NCBI GenBank assembly: GCA_964342825.1
Contig: CAYFHO010000009.1
Span: forward strand, 13,292 to 77,291
Length of the DNA stretch: 64,000 bases
Reading direction: 5' to 3'
Source of the DNA: an uncultured Verrucomicrobiota bacterium
Lineage (GTDB): Bacteria > Verrucomicrobiota > Verrucomicrobiia > Limisphaerales > AAA164-E04
Positions within the stretch are counted from its first letter, which is position 1, and every line of letters starts with the position of its first letter. Made by a program: the position numbers and the translations under genes. The notes under the pieces were generated by a model. That model was not told the DNA's origin. It made no database searches and saw only the letters and a program-made list of their open reading frames with translations. This document shows, piece after piece, positions 29,313 to 39,723 of the stretch.

Positions 29313-30425
29313 ATGCAAAGACGTATTCCAGAGCCAGTCGATGTAAGACACGTTGATTTCAACGGAGCGCGCCTGTTGTATTTTGGCGGATGTGATTACC
29401 TCAGATTTGGACATTTACCCGAGGTCCGTAATGCGGCCATCGAGTCCCTAAAAAACGAACCTTCATTATCCATTGGGGCTTCAAGAGCCACTACCGGAGA
29501 TCACCAGGTATACCGAGAACTTGAATCCCAATTGGCTATCCTAACTGATTCGGAAGATGCCTTGCTCACTGGTGCTGGGTATTTGGCAAATCTTTGCCTG
29601 ATACCATTTCTGCAGCAATCAGCCGATTTATTGCTTATGGATGACCATTGCCATCCAAGCCTGAACGATTTAGCGCACTTTTCCGGAGTTCCAACAGAGA
29701 GATACCGTCATTGTGATCCAAATTCCGCTTCAAAATTATTGAGGAAACGTCAGAAAGGGGAACGTTGTTTCCTGTTGAGTGAAACCATGTTTGGATTGGA
29801 TGGATCAGTCATGCCTCTGCTGGAATTTCATGAGGCACTTCCAGTCGATGTCTGTTTCCTTCTGGATGAGGCGCATGGATTGGGGATTCTCAATTCGGAT
29901 TTTTATAAAACTATCCGTAACTCAAGAGTGCTCGTTAAAAGCCTTTCGCTGGCAAAAACGATAGGATGCCACGGAGGAGCCATTGCCGGACCTTCAGATC
30001 TTGTGTATTCCATCGAACAAAATGCATCCATTTGGGCAGGCCATACTCCAATCCCCATTCACATAGCACGGGCGGCCCTGAAAAGTATTGAACATTGGTC
30101 CATCCATCCTGAATCAAGAATTGAATTGAGTTTAAACATCAAAAGATTGTCGAATGCTCTTTCGGACTTAAGGTTATTGTCCGGTGATCCCATGATGACA
30201 CCTGTTTGTTCATTCAGTATTGGTACTTTTGTGAATCAGGCAGAATCAATCCTTCAAGAATCGGGTATTTTTCCATCGATTATCCGTTACCCAGGAAGTA
30301 AGACGCAGCAGTTATTAAGAATCGCTATCAGTTCAAAGCACACCAACGAGGACATTCAAATCCTAAAATCAGCGTTGAGCAAATTAAAGAAAGAGCTGCA
30401 AATCGAGTCTTTTAAGTTCAGGTAG
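29313..30425 (+). CDS. PLP-dependent alpha-oxoamine synthase-family (BioF-like) enzyme, divergent
   Basis: FGGCDYL, GASR, HPSL, DEAHGLG, SLAK (PLP lysine), LRIAISSKH. Confidence 0.75.
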   Translation: MQRRIPEPVDVRHVDFNGARLLYFGGCDYLRFGHLPEVRNAAIESLKNEPSLSIGASRATTGDHQVYRELESQLAILTDSEDALLTGAGYLANLCLIPFLQQSADLLLMDDHCHPSLNDLAHFSGVPTERYRHCDPNSASKLLRKRQKGERCFLLSETMFGLDGSVMPLLEFHEALPVDVCFLLDEAHGLGILNSDFYKTIRNSRVLVKSLSLAKTIGCHGGAIAGPSDLVYSIEQNASIWAGHTPIPIHIARAALKSIEHWSIHPESRIELSLNIKRLSNALSDLRLLSGDPMMTPVCSFSIGTFVNQAESILQESGIFPSIIRYPGSKTQQLLRIAISSKHTNEDIQILKSALSKLKKELQIESFKFR

Positions 30426-30448
30426 GAAAGAAAGAAACCGGTAAGTCC

Positions 30449-31306
30449 TCAGGTCTCAGTTTGGTTAAATGGATTTTCGGAACGCTGTTGTCCACTGCTT
30501 TCTTCGCTTGATCCAAAAGGGTTTTTTCCTCTTTTGTTGGGTTCGGCAGATTTGTTAGATGCTGGTTTGGTTATTTCCAGCTTGCGTGATGATAACAGCA
30601 TGATTCCCCACCCCATGGGTATATGGATCAAATTAGCCACCAATAATTCCTGCAGGTTCAACTGCCCTGCACCATATAACGCCAGAGCAACCGTCATGAA
30701 AAGAGCGGGTGGCATTAAGGAAAGCAATATTAAACGATAAATAACTTCGAAGGAAGAGCGACGCCCCCATAAGTAGGCAGCGATAAAAATGGGTACAAAA
30801 TAAATGATTGAAAGCGCTCGCCATAAGATGGAAAACGCAAACCAGATCAGCACAAACCCTCCCAAATAGAAAAAGAAACTTCTGGAAAGCCACCAGGGTT
30901 GAACCTTGTCAGGATCAAGTTCAATGATGTACCCCGAAGGATACGGCATTGAGATAAATCCAAAAAGCGAACCAATTCGGATATTATCGATATCCAAGAT
31001 TAAATTAAGATCTGAAGTAGTGGAGATTTCAGATTGAAGGTCCGTACGAATGGAAATGGAAATAAATCGATTTTCAGCCAGACTTGCACTGGTGGGACTG
31101 AGTGTGACCAAGCGTTGATCCTTGATAAACGTTCCCGGAGGTAACTTGATCAAAGCGGATTCCCAAACAGGCAGCCAATGGATCCAGATAAACCATCCGA
31201 TCACGCTGGCAACGGCAAATCCCACTGCCAGCGTGTACACAAACACACCTGTCTTGGACCGGGCAGCCCAGTTGGCAATCCCTCGAAAGGTGAAAGGAAA
31301 GCTCAT
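30449..31306 (-). CDS. Hypothetical membrane protein
   Basis: N-terminal TM, extracytoplasmic loop, several C-terminal TMs, tail with two NPF motifs. Confidence 0.7.
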   Translation of the reverse strand: MSFPFTFRGIANWAARSKTGVFVYTLAVGFAVASVIGWFIWIHWLPVWESALIKLPPGTFIKDQRLVTLSPTSASLAENRFISISIRTDLQSEISTTSDLNLILDIDNIRIGSLFGFISMPYPSGYIIELDPDKVQPWWLSRSFFFYLGGFVLIWFAFSILWRALSIIYFVPIFIAAYLWGRRSSFEVIYRLILLSLMPPALFMTVALALYGAGQLNLQELLVANLIHIPMGWGIMLLSSRKLEITKPASNKSAEPNKRGKNPFGSSEESSGQQRSENPFNQTET

Positions 31307-31346
31307 TCGGACAGGGAATCAGGATTCATGCCTGATTAGTCAATGA

Positions 31347-31802
31347 TTATGCTTTAGGTGGAGGTGATTGAGAGGGTGGTTGCTCTCCCCCACCTTTCTG
31401 CTGTTGTTGAGGTGCCAGCACCACATTGAGCGGGTAACGAAGCTTCATCACTTCATCAACCAATACTTCGATGTAATGCACTCCCGCCTCCTTGAACTCT
31501 ACCTGACCGAATAGGGAAACATTGGTGGCGTGAGTATTGACGTCTTTCAATGCAAATTTGACTGTGCTTTTACGAATCACAGTGGTTTGATCCGGAGCCA
31601 GCAGTCTGACTTCTTCGTTAAATTGTCCAAAACCTGCAGTCCAACGGTTGAACACACAAAGCTTGAGAGCGGTGACAGGAAGTCGTGGGACACGTACGAG
31701 TCCGATCACACCAATAAGGATGAAGTTCCCATTGGATTCCTGTTTGACGTCCTCACAAAGCAAGGAAGTCTGAAGATCCGGTAATATTCTTGATGGTTCC
31801 AT
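31347..31802 (-). CDS. Conserved hypothetical protein (DUF6941-like beta-sandwich)
   Basis: LLCEDVKQESNGNFILIGV pattern; 151 aa. Confidence 0.65.
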   Translation of the reverse strand: MEPSRILPDLQTSLLCEDVKQESNGNFILIGVIGLVRVPRLPVTALKLCVFNRWTAGFGQFNEEVRLLAPDQTTVIRKSTVKFALKDVNTHATNVSLFGQVEFKEAGVHYIEVLVDEVMKLRYPLNVVLAPQQQQKGGGEQPPSQSPPPKA

Positions 31803-31905
31803 ATATAATAAAATTCAAATTAATCTTGATTCATTGCATTGCAATGAAAGATCGGTAACTCTGAGGGATTCAGCGAACAATAAGAAGCAATTCCTTGGAA
31901 TTTTT

Positions 31906-32808
31906 TTAATGATCAGCAGAAAACGATTGCTCGGCAGCTTGAACCGTGTTTTTGAGTAACATGGCAATCGTCATTGGGCCAACCCCACCTGGATTAGGCG
32001 TGATCGCTTTGGCTTTAGGTTGAACAGTGTCAAATTCGACATCACCAACCAGTCGTGTTCCGGATTTAGTATTGGCATCTGGTATGCGGTTCACCCCCAC
32101 GTCCATAATGACAACTCCATCCTTTACCATATCCGCCTTCACGAAGTGTGGCATTCCTATGGCCGCTACGATGATATCTGCACGTCGACAATGTTCAGCA
32201 ATGTTTTTTGTGCGCGAGTGACATACTGTTACCGTGGCGTTGGCATCTTTCGCTTTTTGAATCAGGATGGCGGCCATAGGTTTTCCTACAATGTTACCGC
32301 GCCCCAGCACGACGACTTCCGCTCCCTCCATAGGGATACCAGAACGTATGAGAAGCTCATGAACTCCTGCTGGTGTACAGGGAAGGAATCCCCCAGGCTG
32401 ATTCAACATCAACTTACCGACATTAACCGGATGGAATCCATCGACATCCTTATGCGGTGAAACAGCGGAATAGATCGTGGTTTCATCGATGTGCCTGGGC
32501 AATGGAGCTTGGACGAGAATTCCGTGAATGGTTGGATCAGCGTTATGTGCAGCGATGATTTCCAACAACTGGTCTTGTGTCGTTTGTTCATCAAGAACCA
32601 AGGTTTTGGAATCAATCCCAATTTCCTGGCTCTTTTTTTCCTTCATGCCCACATAAACGCGTGAAGCTGGATCTTCGCCAACCCGAATAAAAACCAATCC
32701 CGGGGTAATCCCCTTTGATTTGAGTTTCTGGACCCGGACTGAGGTTTCGGCATGTATCTCAGCAGCTATCGCTCGGCCATCGATCAAGTTATCCATGGAA
32801 CTGCTCAA
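31906..32808 (-). CDS. folD: Bifunctional methylene-THF dehydrogenase/cyclohydrolase
   Basis: LIDGRAIA, KDVDGFHP, PCTPAG, GRGNIVGKP, PGGVGPMT; start may be ATG at 32796. Confidence 0.97.
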   Translation of the reverse strand: MSSSMDNLIDGRAIAAEIHAETSVRVQKLKSKGITPGLVFIRVGEDPASRVYVGMKEKKSQEIGIDSKTLVLDEQTTQDQLLEIIAAHNADPTIHGILVQAPLPRHIDETTIYSAVSPHKDVDGFHPVNVGKLMLNQPGGFLPCTPAGVHELLIRSGIPMEGAEVVVLGRGNIVGKPMAAILIQKAKDANATVTVCHSRTKNIAEHCRRADIIVAAIGMPHFVKADMVKDGVVIMDVGVNRIPDANTKSGTRLVGDVEFDTVQPKAKAITPNPGGVGPMTIAMLLKNTVQAAEQSFSADH

Positions 32809-34025
32809 TCTGAAACTTTCAGTTCTTCAATTTCGATGACCGGAATCTTGGGCCATCTTGGATCCACGGATTCTTGTCCTGTGACCCGTATTTTGTATCC
32901 CTCATAGGGCTTGAGATCGGAACGACTTGGAGCTGTATGAAGGTGGAGTCTGCCTGTATAAAGATAATTCATCGTGCGATGGGTGACCGGATCTTCAAGT
33001 CGGTGGTAAGTTGGTGATTGAATGCTGCGACTGCGACGAACAATGCCTTCACGGGTTACAATGCGACGCAGCTCCTCAAGTGGATCTGTCGGATTCTCAG
33101 CAACCACCACCTCAGCTGGCAGCCTGTCCTGGTTCTGAGAATTCGAAACCACTTCTCCATTATTCAAAGGCTTGAGGCCCGTTTCTTCGGCTGGTGATTG
33201 GGGAGGTGTATTTTCGACCTGTTCAAACAAGGAAGGTTCCTGCGTTAATGGATTAATCTCCTGGTTTGTGGCGACTTCGGCCGTTTCAGGTTCAGCAATG
33301 ATTTCAACCACTTCATTTGAAGTGGTTTCAACAGGAACTGGGGGTGTTTGTGCTTCCTCATTCTGGGCGACAGGAATTTCATCATTATCCGGTTGATTAC
33401 CTTCAATGGTACTTTTGAGAATTTTTGTTTCACCCGATTTGGGATCGTCCACAATCAGAACAGGGGTTTCCTCTTTCTGGTTTGGCTCGCTGGATTTGGT
33501 CTCAGTAACAGGCGGAACCGATGGGGTTTCGGTTTCCACGGGATCCTTCACAATATCCACCAAACTGCTGGCAACATACGCAAAGGCGTTGGCCGGTGGT
33601 TTGATGGAAATCCAACCTGCCGTTTCTTTGATACGCTCGACCTGATCCCCTCGGTTCAGACGAGCTACAATGGTGTAAGATTCGCTTGGTCCTGCACGCA
33701 CATTCAAGCGTCCTGCCGTGACGGTGTTGTTGGTTGAGTCAATGTAATCACCAGCCACCCATAATACGGCCTCGGTCGGGAGCCCAATGCGATACCATTC
33801 GCGAGGGTTGCCTGGAATGGGATTGTCATGAACAATCGTTTCCAGGACCTGCACCTTATCTCCGGTATTCACCTGTGATACAACCTCACTGAGGATGTTG
33901 GGCTGAGTCCGAACATTAACCCGCTCGGCGTTCACCACCCCAGATTGAGCTGCCCCATGTAAAGAAGACAAACTCAAGGCAAACACCGTAACGGCAAAGA
34001 ATATCCATGCAGACAATTTCTTCAT
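32805..34025 (-). CDS. Secreted protein with two bacterial SH3 domains and a Pro/Glu-rich linker
   Basis: Signal peptide MKKLSAWIFF...; VNVRTQP and LNVRAGP SH3b motifs; start reassigned to 34025. Confidence 0.8.
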   Translation of the reverse strand: MKKLSAWIFFAVTVFALSLSSLHGAAQSGVVNAERVNVRTQPNILSEVVSQVNTGDKVQVLETIVHDNPIPGNPREWYRIGLPTEAVLWVAGDYIDSTNNTVTAGRLNVRAGPSESYTIVARLNRGDQVERIKETAGWISIKPPANAFAYVASSLVDIVKDPVETETPSVPPVTETKSSEPNQKEETPVLIVDDPKSGETKILKSTIEGNQPDNDEIPVAQNEEAQTPPVPVETTSNEVVEIIAEPETAEVATNQEINPLTQEPSLFEQVENTPPQSPAEETGLKPLNNGEVVSNSQNQDRLPAEVVVAENPTDPLEELRRIVTREGIVRRSRSIQSPTYHRLEDPVTHRTMNYLYTGRLHLHTAPSRSDLKPYEGYKIRVTGQESVDPRWPKIPVIEIEELKVSD

Positions 34026-34128
34026 ATACACCAATAGAAATCTATCGCTCAATAATGTCAATCTTGGACCGGCACCGAAAGCCTGGAATGTGATATTATT
34101 TGCGAAGAGCTCATTCCCATGATCATGA

Positions 34129-35894
34129 TTACCTAGCATGGACGACTTCCGAGCGTTGTGAAATGCCATTTTCATTGAACGCTTCAATTTGAAAATAGTA
34201 AGCATCTGCTCGATCCATGCCCGTAAAATAATATTCATTTGCGTTGTAGACCATCATGCTCCCATAAAGTTTGTCTGGGTGCTTGCCAAAATAAATATGA
34301 TATCCGTCTGCCAGATGGTTCTGCTTCCACTTCAGCCAGGAAGAAAGTCGATTGCCCGCCTTTTCTGGGGGCGTACGGAGTACGGTAAAATCCTCTACCT
34401 CTCCGGGCGGAAGACCAGGTCCCTTGCCAAATATCCTAAATCCACTGATCGCGAATTTACCTGTAGGAATGGAAATATTTTCCAATTTCAGGTATCGATA
34501 ATGAACAGGACTTTCTAATTCACTGTAGTCGTGAGGCCTGTCCGCTTGTTGTTGACTCTTGTCCACTAGCAACTTCCAATTAAGCCCATCATCGGAGCCA
34601 TGGATCCTGTATTGGTGAGTTTTACCCAAAGTTTTGCCCATAAACTCAGCCTCTTGGTCCGCATAATTGATTTGAATCGCATGAATGGTACTACGCGCCC
34701 CCAGGTCTGTTTGTATCCATTCACCCGAATTCGAAGTCTTTGCCGACCAATAGGTTTTTATATTCTCATCGACTGCAAAATTGGCTTTGAATCCGCCCAG
34801 GGTTGAGGAAACCTGCACTGGTTTTTGATAATTCAAAAGCATCCATCCTGTGAATAAACCCCTGGTAAAATCCTTATCTTTTGCTTCCTCAGGAAGATAG
34901 GTCGGGTAATCACCATAGGCAGTGTTGCAAAACATGACATCATCCTGATCGAATCCCGCGGGCCAGATTCCAATCCGCCTTTCAAAATTATTTTTGACGG
35001 AAATAACCATCGTTGAAACGTGCCAGTAGTTGTCGTGAAGATCTTGAAAAGTCGAGCCATGACCGGCGCCGCGGGCAAAGCCTCCTGGTTTATAAGAGAA
35101 CGGGTTATGTTTTTGATATCGAAACCCTCCCAATGGTTGTTCGCTGACCAACACACCATCGGCATAACCACTGAATTCGGTTCCTGGTGCCGCATACTGG
35201 AAATAGTATTTTCCATGATACTTGGTCACCCAGGCTCCCTCTAAAAAAGGATTCAAAAAAGTGTTGTCATTATATTCTCCAAAACGCTCCCATCCGTGCT
35301 CCTCCGGGTGTAATTGCATGATCGGACGTGTTTTGCCAGTGGTCTGGAAATCCTGTGTTCGAATCTCGGTTCCTAATAACGGGTATTCATTGCTGGATCC
35401 CCAATACAGAAAAAGTTGATCTTCCTCTTCCTCGTAATGAAAAGCTGGGTCCCAGGCACCCACATTTAAAATATCAACCGCTATTTCCCACTTATTGTTT
35501 ACCGGATCAGAACTTTTCCAAACAGGGAAATCAAGTTCCCAGGTTGATCCGTAAACATACAAGGCATCCTTCATCACCCAGCCGCCGGCGCGTTAAGATC
35601 GTGTATGTATTTGTCATCTCTCAGAAATTTTCGGGAGACAAAACTCCATTGCAGCATGTCCTCACTGTGCCAATAACCTTCCTGGTTGGTGGAAAACAAA
35701 AATAAACGATCCTTGAAACGGACAATCACAGGATCCGCGGTCGTTCGATGCTTTCCCTTCGTCGCAAACCTTTCAAAAGGTGTGTAGCCATAATCAATGT
35801 TGATCGGATTACAATAGGTCTTCTGCTCGGCCCAACTGCATTCGACACCAAGAATGGCCAGCACCAGAGGACAAAAGCACAGGAGTCTTTTCAT
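34129..35894 (-). pseudogene. GH43-family glycoside hydrolase + F5/8 (discoidin) + Fn3, frameshifted near 35580 (or sequencing error)
   Basis: ORFs 35574-35894 (signal peptide, TYCNP, TADP) and 34129-35577 (WDP, EGAW, GAGHGS) join as DLNAPAAWVMKDAL if one base is restored. Confidence 0.8.
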
Positions 35895-36179
35895 GACTGA
35901 TATGATCATCAGTTTATGTTGTTTTCGCAAAGTTAAACTTTCTGATGCAAGAGGAATGATCCGTGAGGATTTACAAGATGCAGCATTTGCCGTCGAAGTT
36001 AGAACGCTCAACCTCATTTACGATAAGTTTAATAATGCATCCAACCAGCAGCATCAGTTGTTGAGGATTATCTCCGTCTCAATATCACAAATCTGTCCAT
36101 GTAGGTGATCAGTTCACCCAATAGCCGATGGATGATGGTTGTCCTGACATGGGTTTTAGGGCAGATTTCACCAACAAAT

Positions 36180-36953
36180 ATGACTGAAGAACAACCCAGA
36201 CCCTATTATGAATCCGACCGAGCGATCAGTGAGTATTTACTATTCCATTATGGGACAGCAGAGGACCAAATGCCGCATGAGTTCGGGCCGCATTCTGCGT
36301 TGAATTACCCCTTGCGGTGCGTCACTGAATGCCTTGATTCTGATGCTTTGCCTGACAACGCCAGGGCTCTGGATCTGGGCTGTGCTGTTGGTAGATCCAC
36401 TTTTGAGTTAGCTCGCCATTGTTCAGAGGTGGTGGGAATTGATTTTTCAAATTCATTTATTGAAAGAGCCAATCAACTCAAATCAGAAGGCCAATGTGAT
36501 TACTCTTTCATTGAAGAAGGTATGCTTGCTCGAGAAACTTCTGCGAATGTGGATCCACTGATTGAGCGCAACAGAGTCCGTTTTCAGCAAGGTGATGCCA
36601 TGAATCTGCCTGAAGATTTGGGGAAATTTCACGCCATTTTGATGGCAAATTTGATCGACCGGCTCGTCGAGCCCATGCTTTGCCTCAACCAATTACCTGA
36701 CCTGATGGAAAAGGGCGGTCAACTCATCATTACTTCCCCTTACACCTGGCTTGAGGAATATACACCCAGGGAAAATTGGCTGGGTGGTTTTGAAGAAAAT
36801 GGCAAGCCTATCGGAACATTGGATGGTTTGATATCCGGACTTGGGAGCAGCTTTGAATTGATCGAAACCAAAGATTTGCCCTTCTTAATTCGTGAACACG
36901 CTCGCAAGTATCAATGGAGCATTGCTCAAGCATCCATTTGGCGGCGGAAGTGA
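36180..36953 (+). CDS. Standalone SAM-dependent methyltransferase, OvoA C-terminal (4-mercaptohistidine N-methyltransferase) type
   Basis: YYESDRAISEYLLFHYG, ALDLGCAVGR, GIDFS, NLIDRL, SPYTWLEEYT, IREHARKYQ; start set at MTEEQ. Confidence 0.8.
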   Translation: MTEEQPRPYYESDRAISEYLLFHYGTAEDQMPHEFGPHSALNYPLRCVTECLDSDALPDNARALDLGCAVGRSTFELARHCSEVVGIDFSNSFIERANQLKSEGQCDYSFIEEGMLARETSANVDPLIERNRVRFQQGDAMNLPEDLGKFHAILMANLIDRLVEPMLCLNQLPDLMEKGGQLIITSPYTWLEEYTPRENWLGGFEENGKPIGTLDGLISGLGSSFELIETKDLPFLIREHARKYQWSIAQASIWRRK

Positions 36954-37678
36954 ATACGTTGTCCTAGAACCGAAAGCCCACAAGTCACTGCGGTTTCGGC
37001 ACGCAGAATGAGTGGCCCCATGTCCACAGCCTGTGCACCTGAGGTGGTAAGAGATTGGATTTCATTCTCCGTGAAATCACCCTCGGGGCCTATGCACCAG
37101 CAAACTAAACGCCCATCTATATGCTCGGCTGCTTTCCAAAGAGGGATGGATGGAGTATCCGGGTATAGGCTTCCATAGAGACATTGGCAATCAACTTCAA
37201 AGGATCGCAATGTATCGTTCAAAGTTGCCGGAGCATGTAAATATGGCTTCCAAACTGCTCCGCATTGTTTCATGGATTCAATGAGCAAGGTTTCGATTTT
37301 TTGAAGTTTTGCTGAAATGTCCTTCTGCTTCCAATGAACCACTGATCTTTCGCATTTCATCAACCAAATATGGCTTACTCCGAGTTCTGTTGCCTTCTGG
37401 AGTGACCAGTCCATGGCCTTGGGTTTAAGCAGAGGAAGAGCCAATCCCAGTGAAAGGGTTGGTTGGCTCTGGTGGGTTTTGGATTCCACACGTACGGAGA
37501 CACTTCGTTTGGAGCAGGAGATCAATCTTGAGTGTATCAAGTCTCCCAGTCCGTTCAGAACTTCGACTTCATCGCCCTTAGAAAGCCTCAGTACATTGAA
37601 CGCATGACGGGCGTCCTGGGGCCGCAGCTCAAATTCATCCTTTTGACATTCTGAAGGAGGAACATAGAACCGATGCAT
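36926..37678 (-). CDS. rsmE: 16S rRNA m3U1498 methyltransferase
   Basis: HAFNVLRL, QKATELGV, IGPEGDF, ILRAETA. Confidence 0.95.
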   Translation of the reverse strand: MHRFYVPPSECQKDEFELRPQDARHAFNVLRLSKGDEVEVLNGLGDLIHSRLISCSKRSVSVRVESKTHQSQPTLSLGLALPLLKPKAMDWSLQKATELGVSHIWLMKCERSVVHWKQKDISAKLQKIETLLIESMKQCGAVWKPYLHAPATLNDTLRSFEVDCQCLYGSLYPDTPSIPLWKAAEHIDGRLVCWCIGPEGDFTENEIQSLTTSGAQAVDMGPLILRAETAVTCGLSVLGQRIHFRRQMDA

Positions 37679-37691
37679 GGAGGAATTGGCC

Positions 37692-38855
37692 TCAGGAGCC
37701 GGTAAAGAATTTTTTGGCCTTATCGAAAAATCCGGTGGATATAGGATTCACGCGAGCATCACAAGATTCTGCAAAATCTTTGAGTTTTTCCTTCTGATCT
37801 GAATTCAATGAAGTGGGCACCTCCACATTCACTCGAACATGCAAATCTCCCCATCCATACCCTTTGACATTTTTGACGCCTTTTCCACGCAATCGAAAGA
37901 CACTGCCTGGCTGAGTTCCGGCGGGAATACGAATGGTGGCTTTACCAGAGAGCGTTGGGACTTCGATTTCAGCTCCCAAGGCTGCACTGGCGAAACTGAT
38001 AGGAACCTCACAGATGAGGTCGTCCCCTTCCCTTTCAAAAATCTCATGCTCGCGAACATGGATAACCACGTAAAGATCACCAGGACCTCCTCCACGAACA
38101 CCGCTTTCACCTTTACCAGTTGACCGGATCCGTGCGCCGGTATCCACTCCGGGAGGAATTCTCAAACGAACCTTGCTTGTCTTTTCTTTGCGGCCTGCAC
38201 CCTGACAACGTTGACAAGGTTTTTCTATGGTCTTGCCGGCTCCCTGGCATCGAGGACAGGTCTGGGAAAACGTAAAGATTCCGCGCGAAGTAGCGATCTG
38301 TCCAGTTCCTCGACAAGCCGTGCAGTTGACGGTCCGTGAACCTGGGGTTGCCCCGCTACCGTCACATGTTTCGCAAGCATCCAGTTTGGTGATTGGAATT
38401 TCTTTTTCACAACCCAAGCTGGCTTCCTCAAAGCTGATTTCCATGTCGTAGCGAAGATCCGCGCCACGCTGAGGACCGTTGGGATCGCGTCGACTGCCGC
38501 CTCCGAAGAGGTCTTCGAAGATGCTGCCACCTCCACCTCCGCCGCCCCCGCCGCCGAAAACTTCACGGAAAATATCAAACGGATCGTGGAACCCTCCACC
38601 CCCGCCGCCGCCAAAACCTCTGGATCTACCATCAAAAGCAGCGTGACCATATTGATCATAAGCCGCACGTTTTTGAGGGTCACTCAATGCTTCATAAGCT
38701 TGACCGAGTTCTTTGAAGCGCTCCTCAGCTTCTTTATCGTCCGGGTTTTTATCCGGATGATATTTAACAGCGAGCTTTCGATAAGCTTTTTTGAGTTCAT
38801 CCTGAGAAGCACTTTTGCTGACACCCAGGATTTCGTAGTAATCCCTTTTCGACAT
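37692..38855 (-). CDS. dnaJ: Chaperone DnaJ
   Basis: J domain with HPD, G/F-rich region, four CxxCxGxG repeats. Confidence 0.98.
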   Translation of the reverse strand: MSKRDYYEILGVSKSASQDELKKAYRKLAVKYHPDKNPDDKEAEERFKELGQAYEALSDPQKRAAYDQYGHAAFDGRSRGFGGGGGGGFHDPFDIFREVFGGGGGGGGGGSIFEDLFGGGSRRDPNGPQRGADLRYDMEISFEEASLGCEKEIPITKLDACETCDGSGATPGSRTVNCTACRGTGQIATSRGIFTFSQTCPRCQGAGKTIEKPCQRCQGAGRKEKTSKVRLRIPPGVDTGARIRSTGKGESGVRGGGPGDLYVVIHVREHEIFEREGDDLICEVPISFASAALGAEIEVPTLSGKATIRIPAGTQPGSVFRLRGKGVKNVKGYGWGDLHVRVNVEVPTSLNSDQKEKLKDFAESCDARVNPISTGFFDKAKKFFTGS

Positions 38856-38891
38856 GATGGTAATGAAATACTAAAAGTTGAGCACCTGAAC

Positions 38892-39566
38892 TCAGGAGGC
38901 ATCTGAATCCTCCGAAGAAGGAGCTTTGGCCACTACTACATTGGCGGGCCGGATCAATCGGTCATTGAGCTTGTAGCCCTTGCGAGCCTGTTCGATCACT
39001 TCACCATCCGGGGCCTCGGTCGTTTCTTTCTGAGAAACTGCTTCATGCCAGATAGGATCAAAGATTTTACCCAGAGCATCGATTTCCTGCAGCCCGGAAT
39101 CTTTCAAGGTGCTTTTCAGTTGGTTATGCACCATTTCAATGCCCATTTTAATGGAGGCCATGCTGTTGTCCTGTGCATTGTTCACGGCTGCCATGGCCAT
39201 TTCAAAGTGGTCCAATGTGGGGATTAAACGTTCCATCAGAGCCTCATTGGCGTACTTGACGGCTTCACCACGCTCCCTGGCTGCTCGTTTTTTAAAGTTA
39301 TCGAATTCAGCGTTGAGTCGAACGAATCGATCCCAATATTCGTCTGCTTTTTGTGCTTTTTCTTCCAAATCCTTAAACACGCTGTGTTCAAGCGTCACCG
39401 GGCCTTGCTCTTCGGCAGGCTCATTGGCTTCACTTTTGTCCTCGGGTGCATTTTCGGTGTTTTCCGCATCTCCAACCACTTCCACCTCTACCTCAATGGA
39501 TTCAGCAGTCTGAGACTTAACCTCTTCATTCACTTCGGATTTCGTATCTTTAGATTCCTTGCTCAT
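38892..39566 (-). CDS. grpE: Nucleotide exchange factor GrpE
   Basis: AEFDNFKKR, FDPIWHEA, GYKLNDRLIRPANV. Confidence 0.97.
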   Translation of the reverse strand: MSKESKDTKSEVNEEVKSQTAESIEVEVEVVGDAENTENAPEDKSEANEPAEEQGPVTLEHSVFKDLEEKAQKADEYWDRFVRLNAEFDNFKKRAARERGEAVKYANEALMERLIPTLDHFEMAMAAVNNAQDNSMASIKMGIEMVHNQLKSTLKDSGLQEIDALGKIFDPIWHEAVSQKETTEAPDGEVIEQARKGYKLNDRLIRPANVVVAKAPSSEDSDAS

Positions 39567-39687
39567 TTCTTTCTATAAAACTTTAACCTCTGTTAAAGAA
39601 CTTGGGAACATACGCAAGAGTCGGTTCGGATGCAACAGCAAGTCGGCCAAGAAGGTGCGTTTTTTGTGATTGTCAGGCAAGATTTCG

Positions 39688-39723
39688 TTGCGGGAATCCC
39701 TTAAAGCCCCCTAATTTGTTGGT
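39688..39723 (+). promoter_or_regulatory. Leaderless-type promoter of MBL hydrolase gene
   Basis: TTGCGG-N18-TAATTT-N6-GTG. Confidence 0.5.

Noticed and set aside
34026-34238. Long N-terminal extensions in the ORF track (SH3 gene; likewise 16631-16780, 36105-36179, 44459-44497, 35895-36017)
   Set aside because: They overlap neighbours or precede signal peptides or promoter-like sequence; downstream starts fit better
38525-38612. GGC/CCG triplet runs
   Set aside because: Encode the normal G/F-rich region of DnaJ
39567-39723. CIRCE element upstream of grpE; absence of dnaK/hrcA
   Set aside because: No TTAGCACTC-N9-GAGTGCTAA match; split chaperone operons are common
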